Shown here one piece after another: positions 57,993 through 64,000 of a stretch of 64,000 nucleotides of DNA. The position numbers and the translations under genes were made by a program. The stretch comes from Phoronis australis. Taxonomy: Eukaryota > Animalia > Phoronida. Under the pieces are notes generated by a model that had not been told where the DNA came from, made no database searches, and worked only from the letters and a program-made list of their open reading frames with translations. The stretch spans positions 222,151 through 286,150 of the forward strand of contig NMRA01000423.1 in the NCBI GenBank assembly GCA_002633005.1, in the 5' to 3' direction. Position 1 is the stretch's first letter, and the number at the start of each line of letters is the position of its first letter.

Positions 57993-60900
57993 TCATGCTT
58001 TGGGTAGCATGTTCATGTATTTTGCAATGATTGACAGCATGACTTCATCAGCTCCGCCTCCTATGGAAACCAGGCGCAGGTCTCTGAAAATGAATGGTCA
58101 CATTACGAGTCAATTACAGTCTACAGTGGAAGTGGTTATCATTTTCACAACACGAATTTGACATTCTTTTAAGAATGTGTCTTAAAGATACGCTACTACT
58201 TTGAATAGACAATAAAAAAACACTAAAATTAAAATTTCTCATTTTCCCGAAACATAGTTTTGTAGGCTTGCTATCAAAATGACAGTATTCCCAATTCATT
58301 TCACAATAAGACTAAAACTAGCGTTTCATACAAAATAACTGAATAAAGTATTTACATCTCTTACTGAAACTGGTCCCAAATTGTTCCTCACTGGGCTTGA
58401 ATAAAACTAACAGTATGTTATTGCTCAAAAGATCCTCCGCACATAAAACAACCCATGTTGAGAAGCCACATAGTCAAACCTGGTCTCAACCAATAACAGT
58501 TACTGTCAGTTTTTTCCAAACTCTGAAATAACCTCACGAATCAAGTAAAGTGAACAAGTTGAGACCAATAACTTAATGGTTAAAGCCAACATAAAGTTTT
58601 TGAAGGAAGCTGAGATTACAGCGGCTTAAACTATATTTTAGCGCTGTAGACACCAGCCTCGTGACAACTCACCTGTATAGACGACTGACTAACACTTCAT
58701 TGGTGAAGCCCATCCCTCCCCAGAACTGTAGACAACTATCAGTCACCTCACGACTCAAGCGCCCCACTTTCAGTTTACACATAGATGCTAGTTTAGTAAC
58801 ATCTTCACCTTGCACATATAAAGCTGGAAGCAACGATATCAAAACCAATTACATAGCATACTAGAAACAGTAAACACTACATAACAGCAAATGTTATTTG
58901 TCCATCCAAATAGTGTAAATGCGTGCAGCAGTTTTCTCCAACTGTTTAACAATGCTGCCTTTATCAATGAAAGTCACAGTGTAGTTTTGCTCATACTTAG
59001 AAGAAACGTCTGACTCAGTAAACTATGGTATTGTCATGTTACAGTAACATTGTATGATTGGTCTGGTAAGTAAGTTCCAGCATTTGTAGTTTAACGTACC
59101 ACTGGGATTATAATTGTAAACGAACACCTTAAATTTTAAAGTTCCATCAAAAACAGTAGAAATTTAGACAGGTCTGCCTGCATACTGATGTCTTTTGATG
59201 TTTCAAGCATTTAGCATAGTTTGTTCACCAACTTAGTCCTACTATAGGCTATGGTAACACTGTTTTCCAGAGGAACATAGAATCCCTAGGTCACAGACAC
59301 TCGGTAAAGTTCCTTACCAACAGTTCTGTAGAGTAATGATCGCAGTAACTCCACCTCAGTCTCCAATTCAGCCAATCGGAAGTGAACCGTTTGATAGTCT
59401 AAAATGGACTGGCCAAATATTTTTCTTTCACGGCAATACTCGGCTGTTTGCTGTATTAGGTTGGTCAGAGGCTGAAGACCTGCAATATAACAGTTGCTGT
59501 AATATGTACTGTAGTCAGGCAATATTCAGTTGACTTGTGTATTGTATCAAATCTATCAACGGCAAAACCATGCTACAAAATGGTAAATGTATAGTCAATG
59601 TGTCACGGCAATAAACAGTTATCAAAACCTCCACCACAATGCTATCAGTAAGACAAACTAATATTAGCATTTCACTCAAGGATTAAATATTTCAAGGAAC
59701 AGTTTTTAGAAAAAAATCAAGAATGCCTCAAAGGCATCTTCTAGTTTCAGCAAATGAAGGAAACGAGAGAAACTTCACTTGCACTGAAGTTAACAACTGT
59801 TCAAGAACAAAATGACATTTGAAGCAAAAATAATGTTGGAGACACATGATGCAATGAAGAGGAAATGGTAGATAATCATGATAAAACACAATAATTGAAT
59901 ACAGCAATTAACCAACAGTGGTATTGTGATTAAGGCACAGGTTTACCAAGACTCAATTATAATGTAGGTTGTGCATCTCTAGTGCCTCAACTCAGCTGTT
60001 GAGTATACAGCAGTCACATTTGTGGCGGATTTCACCAAGAAGTGTGTAACATATAACTTCTAACTTTAGCAAAGAAGGAAATTTCATCTACTGGACAACA
60101 AACCATTTGCCTTAACATGGAGTTAGGGTCAATTCATTCAACTGCTGCCAGCTCACCTAATGCACAAGCTAACATTCTCTCTTCCTGGAACTGCAACATC
60201 TGATATGTGAATCCCATCCCCTCTTGGCCAACGATGTGAGAGGCAGGTACACGGACATTCTCAAAATACAGTTGAGCAGTGTCAGATGACCGCATACCCA
60301 TCTTGTCAATCTTTTTTGCAAAAGTGATACCTGAAATATAAGTAGATAGGGAGACAATAATTTATTGTTAATACTTAGAGCTATGCTTTTCATGCGACTA
60401 GACAGTTCGGTTGGGTGTAAAATGACTCAATGAGGGAGAGATGAAGGGGGAAGGGGGGAGGGAAAGAGAGAGGGAAGGAGGCCACGTTAAGTTGTACTGT
60501 ACATGCTGTTATTCCACTCCATAGAAATTTTTCACATCGCTGTCAGAAGGAATGCATTACGAGGACACACCATTGCTCAGTTTGGAGATCTTCAAAGAGT
60601 TTGAGAACCACATCACTTTTGCCGCGCCGACATGTTAACAGAGATAACACTTCCATCTCTAAACACAGACGGTCACCGCTTGATTCCCAGCGTATCCACC
60701 TTAGTCCCAGTGTATCCACATTAGTCTCAGCGTATCCACCTTCAGTAATATTCAATACCAAAAACTCTAATCTTTGGATTAGGGGCTTCTATGATTAAAC
60801 TTAATCAACAAATGACCTGTGATTTGCTTGGACACAAACAGCGATAATCACCCAGCCCCATATCATGGGGTTCTCTTTCCGTAACAGTGAATGTTTAGTT

Positions 60901-63019
60901 AACCAGAACCATCTACATGGCCTGATTGCATATCATTCTGATTCAGTTCTAAGACATGTGCACGTATTACAGTATGCAGTTTGATTGGATGGATTTTGGT
61001 GTAACCAAATAGTGTGTTTTCTGCTGTTATGTTGGGATCTTCCTCAAAATCTTAATTCATAAACACTTTGTCCATTTCCAGGCTCCGCAAAACACAATTA
61101 AGGAAAACATTAGGACATCTTAAGAATTCAGTATTTTCAAAACAATCTGTCTGCTAAACTTTGGCAAAATAGGTAAAGAAATCAACAGAAAACTTTACAA
61201 ATAAATCGCTAAATAATGGGGTGAAAACCATTGCCGAAATAAACTGTCAGTTTTAGACAAGATATTCATTTGTAAACTACTGATATCGGAGTTACTCCCA
61301 GAGTAAGTGCATTTCTAGGCAAATTCATAGATTCATCTCACCTGGTAAGTCCATGGGCACACATATGAGTGACTTGTTCTTATGTGGAGGTCCTTTACTG
61401 GTGTTAGCTAGCATACACATCCAGTCAGCTTGGAAAGCATTTGTAATCCACATCTTGCCTCCGTTGATGACCAGGTCATCGCCATCACGCACGGCTGTTG
61501 TCTTCACACCTGTAGCAAGTCAAAAGATGATAACAAATACAATAGCGACCTCTTCTGGTAAAGCCACTGTTACAAATACACACACCGTTGTTTTGTAACA
61601 ATACACGAACCATTTCAGTGTAAAAATTTTAGACAAAAACATATGATAACCATAATGCTGAATCAATATACTAAAATTAAGAAAAACACTGTTTTAATTG
61701 GATCAATTCGCCGTTGAGCATGACATTCAGGGGCTAGTTGTAGGGATGCTATGCTACGCATGGCCACCACCATGTACCACCAATGATTAAAGGGCATCAA
61801 CGTGTGGGATACTTTCCTAAAAATGAGCCTCAAAAACATACACAAAAAGTAACCAACAGCACGATCTACACAAGAGCCCATTTTCCTTGAAATTATGGAA
61901 AATATCCTCTGAAATTTGCATAAATACAGTCAGAAATCAATGGATGACTTAAAATTCACAGGGTGCCACTAGTGAGGCATGTGTCAAACTTGTAGAAATG
62001 CATGCATGTAAAACTATTCACTTAGTCACATGGTGGAGAACTGCTCCGCAATCTCAATCTATTCAAGTTTCAAAAAGACCAACCTTTATTCATCAGCACC
62101 ACCTAGTGAATAACATGTTGACTAATGATAAATGTGGAGAAATGTCATAACAGTTGTGCATAGCTCAAAATAATAAGTTCATATATTTTTATAACAACTG
62201 CAATCCTCCAGAGTAACATTATTCCACATGACCTCTGAACTCACTTGCGACATCTGATCCTCCTCCTACTTCACTGACACCAAGACATGACACATACTGC
62301 CCCCTGATGGTAGGCTCTAGAAACTCTTTCTTCAGCTGGTCACTACCAAACCTGGATAAGACAACGATAGCACAAAAATCAACAAGCTCATCAACTTATG
62401 GTCAACCCAAGATTCCAGTTTGTCTTTCATGTTTTCAGATTCCTTCTTGTCAACACCCAGGGCATTTAAATTGAGAAACCAAAAACTCAAACAGTTTATC
62501 TTAATCCAAGCACGACATAAAAATTCATGAACATTCAAGAGCAAACTACTAAAAAACTCAGGCATGGGCGTTTAGGCGAATGTGAGCATTGACCCAAATG
62601 GGTAAAGCAGTTACTTGTTACCACAAATACCACACTACAGAGTGTGTCCCAGATTCCCAGTCTATAGATCATCAATACCCAGTACTACATCCTTAGCCAG
62701 GAGTGGGGTAACATTGTCAGTGTGTCCTCCAATAGTCACTGATACAACACTACAGAAAAGTACATACAAGTATATTCAAGATTTAACTACAAAAGGGTTG
62801 GGTTAGCCACGTCAATCTGAATTCTTAGTCATTGCTACTCTACCACATAAAATATCTATGAATCAACATTTCAAGGATATCCTACATACTTGGCCAAGGC
62901 AGGAGTAGCCATGTCAGTCTGAACTCCAACAGCCATTGGAATAGCCCCACAATTAATGTGTCCCAATGTTTCTGCGACTGCAATGCCATAGGTATAGTCA
63001 AGGCCCAGTCCACCGTATT
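57993..63019 (-). CDS. Acyl-CoA dehydrogenase (ACDH-6 / citronellyl-CoA dehydrogenase AtuD-like subfamily), 3' seven exons; 5' end outside the window
   Basis: Minus-strand exons 63019-62890, 62351-62245, 61509-61342, 60330-60157, 59479-59318, 58823-58673, 58083-57993 (TGA) with GT-AG boundaries. Translation includes EYGGLGLDYTY...CGAIPMAVGVQTDMATPALAKFGSDQLK...CLGVSEVGGGSDVA...INGGKMWITNAFQADW...KMGMRSSDTAQLYFENVRVP...MLQFQEER...REVTDSCLQFWGGMGFTNE...RDLRLVSIGGGADEVM. Confidence 0.92.
60687..60743. repeat. 20-bp tandem repeat x3
   Basis: CCCAGCGTATCCACCTTAGT-like units. Confidence 0.7.
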
Positions 63020-64000
63020 CTGAAATCATAAAACCAAATGACGAATATAAACCTGAACAGAAACAAGGCTGTGGACACGGGAGGAGTGCTAAACAGGTAA
63101 AACCCAGCGAAGTATGCCACATGAGTGTTGAGCCCCTCCCATCATCAAAAAATTTTGGTTGTTCCCCTGACCACTGACAACATGTGTTGTGAGAAGATTT
63201 GGCCCTCGATTTGAGCATGACCCCAAGGATGACTTTTGTTTGTAATGACTGCTGGCCATCATCCTGGGTGTTTTCCAACTTTTCATTACAAAGTGCTCCC
63301 AGTTCACTGCGCGTTTCTTCTCCACCCAACAATTTTGAATGTCTTTTCTATTGAATACGCCAGGCTGCTACCAGTACAGACAACTGGGTTGTGCAGTAGG
63401 TGTAACACAAGTAAGAAGAAGAGAGCAAGACGATTTTCCAATACCACAACATCGTACTACATTCTGATGCTCCCTTCCTAGTCTGACGTACATTAACAAC
63501 AAAGTATCTGCAGAAGGCAGAGCGTAGCCTGTGCAGTAGCCTACAGCTGCAGACGACAGCGGCACCAGGACAGCGATCGACTTGTCTTCCAACTGTGTAC
63601 AGAACAGACAATGTATTATACTACTGAATAACAAATAATCCTTACATTTCTGGATCCTTAGGAAACTTAAAAACAGCACCTCTGGGGTTTCCATGGATGA
63701 ATTAGTGCAATTTATCACACTGCAAAATGCGCGCTTCCCTATTGTTCTCGCGATTCGAACTTGACCACTGCTTATTCACCACTTAGTGACGCTAGTGGTA
63801 GCGGTAACAGCGAACTCACAAGGGGAACTTTCCTATTGTACTACAGTCCTTTGTAATATGAACTAAACTAAGTTGCTCATTCTTAGCATATTGTAGCATA
63901 GGTGGCATTTGGCATCGCGACTTACACAGTGCCATCCACACACAGACATTCCCTTACAATTTACTGTTAGAACGTCAAGTTGTAACTAGATTTGAGAGCT

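Overview
AT-rich, intron-rich animal genomic DNA, probably from a marine invertebrate (inference); nothing here looks prokaryotic. Most of the window is one large + strand gene, a neurobeachin-like BEACH protein (NBEAL1/2 family). I could join 50 GT-AG exons from 7214 to 52051 into one frame of 8016 nt (about 2671 aa plus stop); the short first coding exon was not found. Tail-to-tail with it is the 3' part (7 exons, 63019->57993) of an acyl-CoA dehydrogenase of the ACDH-6/AtuD-like type. The first 13 kb is dense with DNA transposons. The most interesting are two diverged Kolobok-type elements with TTAA target duplications (4584-6239 and 7429-9369). Both are internally deleted, yet both keep the N-terminus of a THAP-domain transposase and, facing it, the N-terminus of a KolX-like protein. 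The younger one has 158-bp terminal inverted repeats that place identical promoter-like motifs in front of both genes. Also present: two near-identical Harbinger-like MITEs, a CAGGG-ended element with a 5-bp TSD, palindromic elements, two tandem duplications of splice donors, an assembly gap and a likely haplotype-duplication artefact. No clearly new biological system can be established from the sequence alone.
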